A program made the translations under genes and the position numbers. The notes beneath the pieces were generated by a model. That model did not search any database. It was given only the letters and a program-made list of their open reading frames with translations, and was not told where the DNA came from. Positions 45,828 through 54,878 of a DNA stretch of 54,878 nt are shown here, in pieces. The stretch's first letter is position 1. Every line of letters begins with the position of its first letter. Source of the DNA: Clostridiales bacterium (lineage in GTDB: Bacteria; Bacillota; Clostridia; Oscillospirales; CAG-272); assembly GCA_016281775.1 (NCBI GenBank), contig JAEEJH010000091.1, forward strand, positions 1 through 54,878. The letters run 5' to 3'.

Positions 45828-46517
45828 ATGTTAAGCCACATAACGCAGATTTTTTCAAGCGGAACAAACATCGCGCTGTTTCTGATCCGTCTGCCGATCG
45901 TTGCGATCGCGCTTTCGTTTCACGAGATGAGCCACGCGTACGTCGCGCATAAAATGGGCGACGACACGGCGCGCAATCTCGGCAGGCTGACGATGAACCC
46001 GCTGAAGCATCTCGACCTGATCGGCTCGATCTCGCTCGTGCTGTTCGGTATAGGCTGGGCTAAACCGGTACCCGTCAACGCGCGGAATTTCGATAATCCG
46101 AAAAAGGGCATGGCGCTGACAGCGTTCGCCGGACCCGTATCGAATCTGATACTTTCGATACTCGGTCTTATACCGTTTGTGATATCGTTCTATCTGCTCG
46201 ACACGTCTTCGACGGTGCTGTGGCTCATATATCAGTTCTTTTATATGTTCCACTACCTGAACCTCGTTTACGCCATGTTCAATATGCTGCCCGTGCCGCC
46301 GCTCGACGGCTCGAGACTCGCTTTGATATTTCTGCCCGATAAGGTCTATTTCGGGATCATGAAATACGAACGGATAATAATGCTCGTGTTCTTCGTATTT
46401 CTGTATTTCATCGGATTCGAGTTCATCGGCACGATCTGCTCTTATATTTCAAACGGAATGATATATCTCGTATCGCTGATACCGGGGCTCGGTGAGCTGC
46501 GGCTGATCATCAGTTAA
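45828..46517 (+). CDS. Site-2 protease family (M50) protein
   Basis: HEMSH, GWAKPV, AGP.SN, FNMLPVPPLDG. Confidence 0.93.
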   Translation: MLSHITQIFSSGTNIALFLIRLPIVAIALSFHEMSHAYVAHKMGDDTARNLGRLTMNPLKHLDLIGSISLVLFGIGWAKPVPVNARNFDNPKKGMALTAFAGPVSNLILSILGLIPFVISFYLLDTSSTVLWLIYQFFYMFHYLNLVYAMFNMLPVPPLDGSRLALIFLPDKVYFGIMKYERIIMLVFFVFLYFIGFEFIGTICSYISNGMIYLVSLIPGLGELRLIIS

Positions 46518-46527
46518 CGGTAAGCTT

Positions 46528-47280
46528 ATGGAACCTACTTATAAAATAGAGATATTCGAAGGTCCTCTCGACCTGCTTCTCTCCCTAATTTACAAAAATA
46601 AAATAGACATTACCGACATTCCGATCTCGCTTTTGTGCGATCAGTATCTCGCTTACCTTGACGAGATGCGCGAGATGGATATGGACATCGCCGGCGAATT
46701 TCTCGTCATGGCGTCTGAGCTGATGCTTATAAAGAGCCGTATGCTTCTGCCTCAGCCGGAAGGCGAGGAGAAAGAAGACCCGAGAACACAGCTCGCAAAC
46801 GCCCTGATCGAATACAAGCACGCTAAAGAGGTCGCGGCGGACCTTGACGAGATGATAAAGATCTACGGCGGCAGGATGGCGAAGGATACCGAGGAGATAC
46901 CCGCCGACGATTCTTTCATAGCCGAGCACAACGTCATGCTTTTAAAACGCGCGATGACGAGAATGCTCCTTAACGCCGAAAAACGCGAACTGCTTGAAAA
47001 AGAGGCTCTCGCCGCGCGGCCGGTCGTAAAGGTGCGACCTTCGGTAACGGGCAGGATACTCGGCGTGCTGAAACGCATCAAGCGTAAAGGCAGGCAGAAA
47101 TTCGAAGACCTGTTCGATCAGTGCACGAACAGATCGGAACTCGTCGCCGTATTCATGGCGATACTGGAGCTTTTGAAAGTGAGCCGCATAACCGTGAGCG
47201 AGCCGGACGAAAAAGAAGATATTTATATCGATATAAATCCAGATTATAAAAAACCGGAAGGACAGACGGATCCTATATGA
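46528..47280 (+). CDS. scpA: Segregation and condensation protein A
   Basis: FEGPLDLLL, FLVMA..L..IKS, F.AILEL. Confidence 0.95.
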   Translation: MEPTYKIEIFEGPLDLLLSLIYKNKIDITDIPISLLCDQYLAYLDEMREMDMDIAGEFLVMASELMLIKSRMLLPQPEGEEKEDPRTQLANALIEYKHAKEVAADLDEMIKIYGGRMAKDTEEIPADDSFIAEHNVMLLKRAMTRMLLNAEKRELLEKEALAARPVVKVRPSVTGRILGVLKRIKRKGRQKFEDLFDQCTNRSELVAVFMAILELLKVSRITVSEPDEKEDIYIDINPDYKKPEGQTDPI

Positions 47281-47837
47281 CAGAAGAAGAAAAGATAGAA
47301 GAAAGACAGGTTTCGGCGGTAGTCGAGGCGATACTGTTCGCCGCGGGATACCCGGTCGAACGTGAAAAGCTCATCGCCGCCGCCGGCTGCGATGAAGACG
47401 CGTTTGAAAACGCGATAGGCATACTGAACGTAAAGTACGGAGACGAGAGCGGCGTAAAACTGCTCTATCTCGACGGCAAATATCAGCTCTGCACGTCGGA
47501 GACCTGCATCGACGCGGTAAGAGAAGCTCTCGGCATACGCCGCGGCGGCAATCTCTCGCGCTCGTCTCTCGAAGTGCTTGCGGTCATTGCGTACAATCAG
47601 CCGACGACGCGCATTTTCGTCGAACAGGTGCGCGGCGTAGACTGTACTTATACGATATCTTCACTTTTGGAGAAGGGACTCATCGAGGTATGCGGAAAGG
47701 TCGACGCACCCGGACGTCCGTCGCTTTACAAGACAACGGACGATTTTCTGCGCGTGTTCGGTCTTTCGTCGATACACGATCTGCCGCCTTTCGAGGTATT
47801 TGACGAAAACGGGCAGGTCACTCTGAAACCGGTATAA
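47277..47837 (+). CDS. scpB: Segregation and condensation protein B
   Basis: EAILFAAG, LS..SLEVLAVIAYNQP, RGV, GRP.LY.TT..FL. Confidence 0.96.
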   Translation: MTEEEKIEERQVSAVVEAILFAAGYPVEREKLIAAAGCDEDAFENAIGILNVKYGDESGVKLLYLDGKYQLCTSETCIDAVREALGIRRGGNLSRSSLEVLAVIAYNQPTTRIFVEQVRGVDCTYTISSLLEKGLIEVCGKVDAPGRPSLYKTTDDFLRVFGLSSIHDLPPFEVFDENGQVTLKPV

Positions 47838-47843
47838 AACGTC

Positions 47844-48524
47844 ATGTTGTTTTTATACATCCTCGGCGGCGTTTTGCTTCTTTTCATTCTGCTCTGCCTT
47901 ATTCCCGTGGGGATACGGATCAGATATAACGAAGATTTTTACATGTACGCGGTCGCCGGTTTTATAAAGATCAAACTGATACCGAAGAAAAAAAAGATCA
48001 GAATTTCGGATTATTCCGAAAAAAAGATGAAAAAAGCGGCGGAAAAACAGCGCAAAAAGCTCGATAAGAGCAAAAAAAAGAGCAAAACGGCGAAAAAAGA
48101 AAGCAAAGACAACGTGCTTACGGCTTCGCTGAAAGATCCCGACCGCAGATTCGATATGATAAGCAGGCTGTACGATATATTGACCGTCGTACTGAGCGAA
48201 TTTGCGGCGATACTGAAGATAAAATTCTTCAGACTGCACGCCGTTATCGGTTCGCCCGAGGCTTCGACCACGGCGATACTCTACGGCGGCGCGTGCGCCG
48301 CGGCGGGAAATATCGTGAATCTGCTCGGGCAGTATACCGATATCGAAAAAAACAAAAAGAATTCCATATACGTGGCGCCCGATTTTACGGCGGATAAAAC
48401 GACCGCGAGCGCGGACGTGTCGATAACGCTTTGCATCGGCGGCGTATTCGTGTTTTTGATCAAAATAAGAAAGATAATAAAAGAAATACTCGGACTTTTG
48501 CAGGAGGACAGTAAAAATGGCTGA
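47844..48524 (+). CDS. DUF2953 (YtfI-like) protein
   Basis: N-terminal TM, Lys-rich region, TAILYG, PDF motif; upstream of ytfJ. Confidence 0.75.
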   Translation: MLFLYILGGVLLLFILLCLIPVGIRIRYNEDFYMYAVAGFIKIKLIPKKKKIRISDYSEKKMKKAAEKQRKKLDKSKKKSKTAKKESKDNVLTASLKDPDRRFDMISRLYDILTVVLSEFAAILKIKFFRLHAVIGSPEASTTAILYGGACAAAGNIVNLLGQYTDIEKNKKNSIYVAPDFTADKTTASADVSITLCIGGVFVFLIKIRKIIKEILGLLQEDSKNG

Positions 48525-49008
48525 AGACAGAAAATTCAACGACGCGTTAAAGACAGCGTTTGACAACCTCAAAGAGATCACCGGTTCGGATACGGTCATC
48601 GGCGAACCGATGCAGACGCCGAACGGCACGGTGATCATACCCGTGACCAAGGTCAGCGTCGGTTTTGCGACCGGCGGTTCCGACTTCATCGGCAAACATT
48701 CGAAAGAGACCGACGTAGCCAACAGCTTTTCGGGCGCGGGCGGCGGCGGTATATCGGTAACGCCCGTGGCGTTTCTCGTGATCTCTCCCGAAGGCGACGC
48801 AAAGATACTTAACGTCAACAATCCCGCCGACAGCAACGCCGATCTCGGCACGAGCATCGTTTCTCTGCTCAACAAAACTCCGGTGATCGTCGATAAAGTC
48901 AAGGCGATATTCAAAAAAGACAAAAACAAAGAGACCGAAGAACCGGAACCGGAAGAAGTCGACCTCTCCGAAATAATCGAAACAAAAGAAGAATCCGCCG
49001 AAGAATAA
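48517..49008 (+). CDS. ytfJ: Sporulation protein YtfJ/GerW
   Basis: TVIGEP, IIPVTKVSVGFATGG, GAGGGG.SVTPVAFLV. Confidence 0.9.
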   Translation: MAEDRKFNDALKTAFDNLKEITGSDTVIGEPMQTPNGTVIIPVTKVSVGFATGGSDFIGKHSKETDVANSFSGAGGGGISVTPVAFLVISPEGDAKILNVNNPADSNADLGTSIVSLLNKTPVIVDKVKAIFKKDKNKETEEPEPEEVDLSEIIETKEESAEE

Positions 49009-49057
49009 GCAATTTATACGGATCTATCGCATAAAATTGACCGGGTGAGGTGATTTT

Positions 49058-50140
49058 ATGTTCAGATCCGTATTATCCGTATTGCTTACGGCTTCTCTTC
49101 TCTTTACGCTGCTTATAATGCCTGAAGCGTCGTACGGGCCCGGCGTATCCGCAGGAGCGGCGGCGCTGATCGACGCGGCAAACGGAGAGATACTGTATAT
49201 CAAAAACGGCACCGAACGCAAAGCTCCCGCGAGCCTGACGAAAATCATGACGGCGATCATCGTGATCGAATCGTGCGATCTGTCGGACACGGTGACGGTA
49301 CCGCGGGAAGCCGTCGGGACGGAAGGATCGAGCGCGTATCTGTCAGAGGGCGAAAAGTTCAGCATAGAAGAACTTTTGTACGCTCTGATGCTTCAGAGCG
49401 CAAACGACGCCGCGGTCGCTCTGGCGCTTCACTGCGCCGGTTCGATCGAAGCGTTTGCCGGTAAAATGAACGAAAAAGCGACGTGGCTCGGTTTATTTGA
49501 TACGCATTTCGTAAATCCGCACGGTCTGCCCGATAAAGACCATTATTCCACCGCGCTCGACGTGGCAAAGCTCCTCTCGTACTGCATGGAAAACGAAAAG
49601 TTCGCATTGATAAGCGGTTCGCGGTCGTACGTGATAAAGGCCGGGGCGGAGCGCAAAGCAAGACAGTTCACAAACCATAACAGACTGCTTTTTGAAAACG
49701 GCGGCGTGACCGGCGGAAAGACCGGCTACACTAAGTCCGGCGGCAGATGTCTCTGCACGTATTACGAAAAAGACGGGGTAAAGCTCTGCGCCGCGACGCT
49801 CAACGCGCCGGACGACTGGGCCGATCACCGCGCGCTTTACGAATACGGCAGGGATCTTTATGCGCGGATCACGCTCGGCGCCGCCGGTATATATGAGCTT
49901 CATATAGTCGGCGGAGTTGTCGATACGGTCACGGCGACCGTATACGAAGACAAAACGGCGTTTGTGAAAAAAGGCGCCGAGGTCAAAAAAGCCGTTTACA
50001 TGAGACGTTTCGAATACGCGCCGGTCCGCGAAGGCGAGCTGATCGGCTATGCGGTATTCTTTGCCGGTGAAAAAGAAATATGCCGTATACCGCTTTACGC
50101 GGATATAACGGCAGCAAAGAAACAAACGGGGTTTTTCTGA
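49058..50140 (+). CDS. D-alanyl-D-alanine carboxypeptidase (S11, DacB-like)
   Basis: PASLTKIMT (SxxK), SAN, NPHGL, KTG. Confidence 0.93.
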   Translation: MFRSVLSVLLTASLLFTLLIMPEASYGPGVSAGAAALIDAANGEILYIKNGTERKAPASLTKIMTAIIVIESCDLSDTVTVPREAVGTEGSSAYLSEGEKFSIEELLYALMLQSANDAAVALALHCAGSIEAFAGKMNEKATWLGLFDTHFVNPHGLPDKDHYSTALDVAKLLSYCMENEKFALISGSRSYVIKAGAERKARQFTNHNRLLFENGGVTGGKTGYTKSGGRCLCTYYEKDGVKLCAATLNAPDDWADHRALYEYGRDLYARITLGAAGIYELHIVGGVVDTVTATVYEDKTAFVKKGAEVKKAVYMRRFEYAPVREGELIGYAVFFAGEKEICRIPLYADITAAKKQTGFF

Positions 50141-50865
50141 TGGAGAAAATTAGAATACAGAAATATTTGTCCGAAGCGGGCGTCACGTCGCGCCGCGACG
50201 CCGAGGCGGCCATAGCCGCGGGCGAAGTCACGGTCAACGGCAGACCGTGCGAACCGGGGCAGAAGGTCGGCGACGGCGATCTGATAGTATTCAGAGGTAA
50301 AAAAGTCAAGAGAATAAATAAAGATAAAGTATACGTTATGCTGAACAAGCCGCGCGGTTTCGTCGCGACGAACGCCGACGAGAGCGGCAGAAAATGCACC
50401 GCCGATCTTGTCGCGGATCTCGGGCGGCGCGTGTACCCGGTCGGGCGGCTCGACCGCGACTCGGAAGGCCTTTTGCTTCTGACCGACGACGGAGAGTTCG
50501 CAAACATGATGATGCACCCGCGCCACAACATACCGAAGATCTACCACGTGCGCGTTACCGGCTCGGTCACGGAAGAGGCGCTCGGCGTGCTCCGTTCGGA
50601 GCTCGTGATAGACGGGTATAAGATCATGCCCGTGCAGGTGGATATAATCGGCGAGACCGAAGAGAGCACTCTTCTCCGCTTCCGTCTGTTCGAAGGGCGC
50701 AACCGCCAGATAAGAAAAATGTGCGAACAGGCGGGGCTTCGCGTATCGAGGCTGACGCGCGTTGCGATCGGCGACATCTCCATCGGTAATCTGAAACCGG
50801 GCAAATGGCAGCATCTTACCGCCGCGCAGGTGGATTATCTCAAATCAAAAGCGAGTATAAAATAA
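50140..50865 (+). CDS. rluB: rRNA pseudouridine synthase (RluB/RsuA family)
   Basis: TGATG-coupled start MEKIRIQKYLS; S4 domain; GRLD, EGRNRQIR. Confidence 0.9.
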   Translation: MEKIRIQKYLSEAGVTSRRDAEAAIAAGEVTVNGRPCEPGQKVGDGDLIVFRGKKVKRINKDKVYVMLNKPRGFVATNADESGRKCTADLVADLGRRVYPVGRLDRDSEGLLLLTDDGEFANMMMHPRHNIPKIYHVRVTGSVTEEALGVLRSELVIDGYKIMPVQVDIIGETEESTLLRFRLFEGRNRQIRKMCEQAGLRVSRLTRVAIGDISIGNLKPGKWQHLTAAQVDYLKSKASIK

Positions 50866-50954
50866 AAAAACGGAGTTGTTGACCTTCCGGAAAAAAACCG
50901 TGGCGAACAACTCCTTTATTATTTTTGAACGATACCGTCTGATATCCGTAACGT

Positions 50955-51044
50955 TTTCTTCACCGATATATCGCGCGCAGCGCCGCGGGCGGCGGGGGGC
51001 GGGGTGCCCGCCCGCGGGATATTGTAAATACTTCGGTGAAGAAA
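50955..51044. repeat. ~90-bp palindromic element (MITE/REP-like)
   Basis: 12-bp outer inverted repeat tttcttcaccga/tcggtgaagaaa encloses 10-bp stem ccgcgggcgg/ccgcccgcgg with a G-rich loop. Confidence 0.7.
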
Positions 51045-51065
51045 TCCGGTGCGGCCTTTCGGTCA

Positions 51066-52028
51066 TCACGTTTTGATAAACAACGCGGCGATCTGATCGG
51101 GCGCTGCGCCGGAGATATATTCGCCGATGCCGCAAAGCCGCTCTGACAGCTCTTCTTTTATCAGACGGCAGCCGGCGAGCGATCGCTCAAGTTCGTCGAC
51201 GGAGCGGGCGCTGAAATAGTCACCGCTGATCCGCACGTCGGAAAGTCTGCCGTTTTCTGCTGTGTAACAGACCTCTACCGAGCCGAACGGGAAACGCGCT
51301 CTCGCCGTATGACCGTATTCTTTCGATCTGCCGTAATTCCATTCCCACGTCGAATACTTTTCGGCCGAGAGTTTCTCTATGCCCGCGGTCTGCTCCGCGG
51401 TAAACGCGGTCTTATCGGCCTCCACGCTGTTTTCAAGGTAGTTTTTGAGTTTTTCCGCAGTAAAACCGGGAAGATATTCTATAAGGTTGCAGACGCGGCT
51501 GCGAACGCTCTTGATGCCTTTGCTCTTCATTTTTTCGGGGTCGGCGTTCAACGCGCCCGACAGATACGACATATCAGCCGAAAAAAGTATCGTGCCGTGG
51601 TGCAGCACTCTTTGATTGAATACGCACTGCGCGTTGCCTGAAAATTTGCGCCCGTCGGCGGTCATATCGTTTCTGCCGGATAATTCCGCCGGCACGCCGA
51701 GAGCGGAGAGCGCGGAGATGACGGGCGCGCAGAAACGCGCGAAATCAAGCGCGCCGGCGTCGCCTTTTGACGTAATGAAAGTATAATTGATATTGCCGAG
51801 ATCGTGGAACACCGCTCCGCCGCCGGTAAGCCTTCGCACGACGGCGATGCCGTTATTATCTACGAAATCGCGGTTTATCTCGGCGTAGGCGTTCTGATTG
51901 CGGCCAATGATGACCGACCTGTCGTTACGCCAGAGCATGAATACCGGTTCGGCTTCGTTTAAAAGCAGATATTCTTCGCTCGCGAGGTTGAAATACGGAT
52001 CGGTATTATTGTTTATATAAAGTTTCAT
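51066..52028 (-). CDS. lplA: Lipoate-protein ligase A
   Basis: NLASEE, IGRNQN, RRLTGGGAVFHD, GRND, KFSGNAQ, HHGT, SVRSRV. Confidence 0.95.
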   Translation of the reverse strand: MKLYINNNTDPYFNLASEEYLLLNEAEPVFMLWRNDRSVIIGRNQNAYAEINRDFVDNNGIAVVRRLTGGGAVFHDLGNINYTFITSKGDAGALDFARFCAPVISALSALGVPAELSGRNDMTADGRKFSGNAQCVFNQRVLHHGTILFSADMSYLSGALNADPEKMKSKGIKSVRSRVCNLIEYLPGFTAEKLKNYLENSVEADKTAFTAEQTAGIEKLSAEKYSTWEWNYGRSKEYGHTARARFPFGSVEVCYTAENGRLSDVRISGDYFSARSVDELERSLAGCRLIKEELSERLCGIGEYISGAAPDQIAALFIKT

Positions 52029-52141
52029 TTCAGACTCCGAAATAACGTGATGTTTTCATTATACTCCGAATTTATGAATTTTTAAAGAGCGGTAAAAGAG
52101 TAAAGGAATTTTTAATTTAAAGTAAACAATTCGGTTAGGTA

Positions 52142-52170
52142 TTGACAAACGCGTTTTCGTGTGTTAAAAT
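52142..52170 (+). promoter_or_regulatory. Sigma-A promoter of the peroxide-defence operon
   Basis: TTGACA-17 nt-TAAAAT with extended TG. Confidence 0.75.
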
Positions 52171-52206
52171 TAGTTTGCTAACAAAGTAATTGAAAGGAGT
52201 TACATC

Positions 52207-52746
52207 ATGAGTATCTATGATTTTAAGGTACAGAAAAGAAAAGACGGCGAGCTGGATCTTGCCGAGTTAAAGGGCAAAGTTCTGCTGATAGTCAACACGG
52301 CGACGGGCTGCGGCTTCACCCCGCAGTACGAGGGTCTGCAGAAGCTGTACGAAAAGTATCACGAGCAGGGCTTTGAGGTGCTCGACTTTCCGTGCAACCA
52401 GTTCGCAAATCAGGCGCCCGGCGACGACGAGCAAATACACGAATTCTGCACGCTGCACTACAAGACCTCTTTCGATCAGCTGAAAAAGATCGACGTCAAC
52501 GGCGACGCCGAATCTCCGCTTTACACCTATCTGAAGGAACAGGCTCCGGATGAAGAGGTAAGCGGCCTCAAAAACAAAGCGACTATGAAAATGATTTCCA
52601 CGATAAGCAAAACGACGACAAAGCCCGGCGACATAAAGTGGAATTTCACGAAATTCTTAGTCGACCGCGAAGGCAACGTAGTTAAGAGATACGCGCCGGT
52701 CTACGACGCGGACGTAATAGAAGCCGATCTGATAAAACTGTTATGA
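52207..52746 (+). CDS. Glutathione peroxidase family protein (Cys type, probably thioredoxin-dependent)
   Basis: VNTATGCG, FPCNQF, EFC, KWNFTKFL. Confidence 0.95.
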   Translation: MSIYDFKVQKRKDGELDLAELKGKVLLIVNTATGCGFTPQYEGLQKLYEKYHEQGFEVLDFPCNQFANQAPGDDEQIHEFCTLHYKTSFDQLKKIDVNGDAESPLYTYLKEQAPDEEVSGLKNKATMKMISTISKTTTKPGDIKWNFTKFLVDREGNVVKRYAPVYDADVIEADLIKLL

Positions 52747-53186
52747 GCGGCAGATACGATCCCCTTCTGCTTAAAAATCAGCTCTGCTTTCCGATCTATC
52801 TCTGCGCGAAAGAGATCGTGAACAAATATGCCGAGCCGCTTGCCGAGATCGATCTGACCTACACGCAATACCTTATAATGATGTATATGTGGGAGGAAGA
52901 GAGCGCGACCGCCAAGCAGATATCAGACGTACTGCTGCTCGATCAGAGCACTCTTACGCCGCTTTTGAAAAAGCTCGAGGCGAAAGAGTATATCACGCGG
53001 CGCAAGTCCGACGAAGACGGCAGAGCCTCCGTAATAACGCTCACCGAAAAGGGATATAATCTCAAAGACTCCGCGCTCTCTGTGCCGGAGAGGATGAGAT
53101 GCTGCATCGACGTGAACGAAGAAGAAGCGGTACAACTTTATAAGATCATGCGGAAAATAATTTACAACATAAGAAAGGAAAAATGA
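52743..53186 (+). CDS. MarR family regulator, OhrR-like
   Basis: QLCFPIY (peroxide-sensing Cys), LTYTQY, TLTPLLKKLE, D.R...LTEKG. Confidence 0.9.
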   Translation: MSGRYDPLLLKNQLCFPIYLCAKEIVNKYAEPLAEIDLTYTQYLIMMYMWEEESATAKQISDVLLLDQSTLTPLLKKLEAKEYITRRKSDEDGRASVITLTEKGYNLKDSALSVPERMRCCIDVNEEEAVQLYKIMRKIIYNIRKEK

Positions 53187-53189
53187 ATC

Positions 53190-53495
53190 ATGGTAGTAAA
53201 AGTAACAACTGAAAATTTTGATGAAGAAGTTTTGAAATCCGACAAGAGAGTCGTAGTCGATTTCAACGCAGACTGGTGCGGTCCGTGCAGAATGCTCGGC
53301 CCGGTAATTGAACAGTTATCTAATGAACATCCCGAAGTCAAATTCGTATCGGTCAATATCGACCACGAAGACGAGCTCGCCGAAGAATATATGATAAGTT
53401 CTATTCCCTGCCTTGTCGTATTCAAGGACGGAGCTGAGATAAGAAGAAGCGTCGGCTTCAAGCCGAAAGACGCGCTTTTGCAGCTGCTCGGCTGA
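53190..53495 (+). CDS. trxA: Thioredoxin
   Basis: WCGPC; 101 aa. Confidence 0.96.
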   Translation: MVVKVTTENFDEEVLKSDKRVVVDFNADWCGPCRMLGPVIEQLSNEHPEVKFVSVNIDHEDELAEEYMISSIPCLVVFKDGAEIRRSVGFKPKDALLQLLG

Positions 53496-53496
53496 T

Positions 53497-54402
53497 ATGT
53501 ACGATATAATCATAATCGGCGCCGGGACCGCCGGCATGACGGCGGCGATTTACGCGCGGCGCGCGTCGAAATCCGTGCTCGTGCTCGAAGCGGGCGCGTA
53601 CGGCGGTCAGATAATAAACACGCCGGATATCGAGAATTACCCCGTTGAAGCTCATATCTCTGGCTACGATTTTGCGACTAAGCTGTATGAGCAGACAGCC
53701 GCGCTCGGCGCGGAATTCGCGTTTGAGAGAGCCGAAAAGATCGAGCTCAACGGAGATGTAAAGACCGTAGTCACGCCGTACAACAGATATGAGGCGAAGG
53801 CGGTCATAATAGCGACCGGCTCGTCGAACAGAAAACTCGGTCTGCCGCGGGAAGACGAACTTACGGGCCGCGGCGTATCTTACTGCGCGACCTGCGACGG
53901 ATCGTTTTTCAAAGGCAAAAAAGTAGCCGTCGTAGGCGGCGGCAATACCGCGCTTGAGGACGCTCTGTATCTTTCCGACATAGCCGAGACCGTTTATCTG
54001 ATACACAGAAGAGGCGATTTTCGCGGCGATGAAGCGACCGCAAAAAGGCTTGCCGACAAACAAAACGTAAAATTCGTGCTTTTCAGCCGCGTGACCGCGC
54101 TTATCGCCGAAAAGCGGCTCACGGGTATAGAGGTAACTAAAAACGACGGAACGGTCAGCACGATCGATCTGAACGGTCTGTTCGTCGCGGTAGGCAGGAT
54201 CCCGGAAAACCGCAAGTTCGGCAACGTGCTGGAGCTTGACGGCGCGGGTTACGCCGTATCCGGCGAGAGCTGCCGCACGATAACGCCGGGCGTATTCGTC
54301 GCCGGTGACAACCGCGCGAAAGAAGTGCGCCAGCTCGTCACAGCGGCAGCTGACGGCGCGACCGCCGCGACCGAAGCGGTAAAGTATCTGAATACGCTAT
54401 AA
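53497..54402 (+). CDS. trxB: Thioredoxin reductase
   Basis: GAGTAG, IENYP, CATCD, GGGNTA, GVFVAGD. Confidence 0.95.
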   Translation: MYDIIIIGAGTAGMTAAIYARRASKSVLVLEAGAYGGQIINTPDIENYPVEAHISGYDFATKLYEQTAALGAEFAFERAEKIELNGDVKTVVTPYNRYEAKAVIIATGSSNRKLGLPREDELTGRGVSYCATCDGSFFKGKKVAVVGGGNTALEDALYLSDIAETVYLIHRRGDFRGDEATAKRLADKQNVKFVLFSRVTALIAEKRLTGIEVTKNDGTVSTIDLNGLFVAVGRIPENRKFGNVLELDGAGYAVSGESCRTITPGVFVAGDNRAKEVRQLVTAAADGATAATEAVKYLNTL

Positions 54403-54405
54403 AAC

Positions 54406-54657
54406 AAAAGGCTGTTTGATCTTCCTGATTTTCGGGGATCGGACAGTCTTTTTTTATTCCCTTGTATTGCGGCTTTAGCCGCGCCGGCGGCGCCCCCCCC
54501 ACCGCCCGCCGGCTGATTTTATTTCATTGACAAGTAAATATTTACAGGATAAAAAGGCTGTCCGATCTTCCTGTTTTTCGAAGACCTGACAGTCTTTTTT
54601 ATTCCTTTGTGTTGCGGCTTTAGCCGCGCCGGCGGCGCCCCCCACCGCCCGCCGGCT
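54406..54657. repeat. Tandem duplication of a ~108-bp terminator + GC-hairpin unit
   Basis: 54406-54514 is closely similar to 54552-54657 (aaaaggctgt...gacagtctttttt...gcggctttagccgcgccggcggcgcccc...ccgcccgccggct). Confidence 0.85.
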
Positions 54658-54694
54658 TGTTTATATTGATTTTTAACGACTATTCAGGCTGTGG

Positions 54695-54877
54695 CTACTT
54701 TATTTCAGAACCACCCCATTCGACGACGGTGAAGCCGGTTCTTTGCGGCGTATCAAACGTTTGCGGTTCGATATCAACGTAAGCGTTAAGAGGTTTATAC
54801 GCCATAAACACGCGGATAAGCGCGTCGGGCGCGGGTTCAACCGTCAGTTTTGCGCTTTCGGTATAAGCGGACGACTG
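54695..54877 (-). CDS. C-terminal fragment of conserved hypothetical protein (...R.GFTVVEWGG family), truncated by window edge
   Basis: Manual translation QSSAYTESAKLTVEPAPDALIRVFMAYKPL...QRTGFTVVEWGGSEIK*; absent from the ORF track. Confidence 0.75.
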   Translation of the reverse strand, partial: QSSAYTESAKLTVEPAPDALIRVFMAYKPLNAYVDIEPQTFDTPQRTGFTVVEWGGSEIK

Positions 54878-54878
54878 A

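Overview
Chromosomal window from a GC-moderate, probably spore-forming Clostridia-type (Oscillospiraceae/Ruminococcaceae-like) bacterium; the taxonomy is inferred from gene content. The first ~17.3 kb reads as one coherent extracellular nucleic-acid scavenging and catabolism locus in three parts. (1) Tandem DHH/NrnA phosphoesterases plus surE (+). (2) A minus-strand operon: RDD protein, ABC importer (ATPase, two permeases, binding lipoprotein), a staphylococcal-nuclease-type lipoprotein, and two non-catalytic surface proteins that each carry three copies of a shared ~100-aa OB-fold-like repeat, in mirror order. (3) A divergent deoC-deoD-deoB::cdd(fusion)-pdp-ltaE operon. The rest is mostly housekeeping: glycolipid glycosyltransferases/PlsC, GltS-family symporter, flavin-reductase::PCP_red fusion, SLH/beta-propeller lipoprotein, Re-citrate synthase, coaD-rsmD-uvrC-ptsH, trmD-rimM, dppA, GH123-like protein, lon-engB-lysA-S2P-scpAB-ytfIJ-dacB-rluB, lplA, and gpx-ohrR-trxA-trxB. 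Several intergenic regions hold dispersed, structured hairpin/G-rich repeats, one family showing stem covariation. No CRISPR array, tRNA, rRNA or transposase was seen. All family assignments come from motif recognition by eye, not from database searches.
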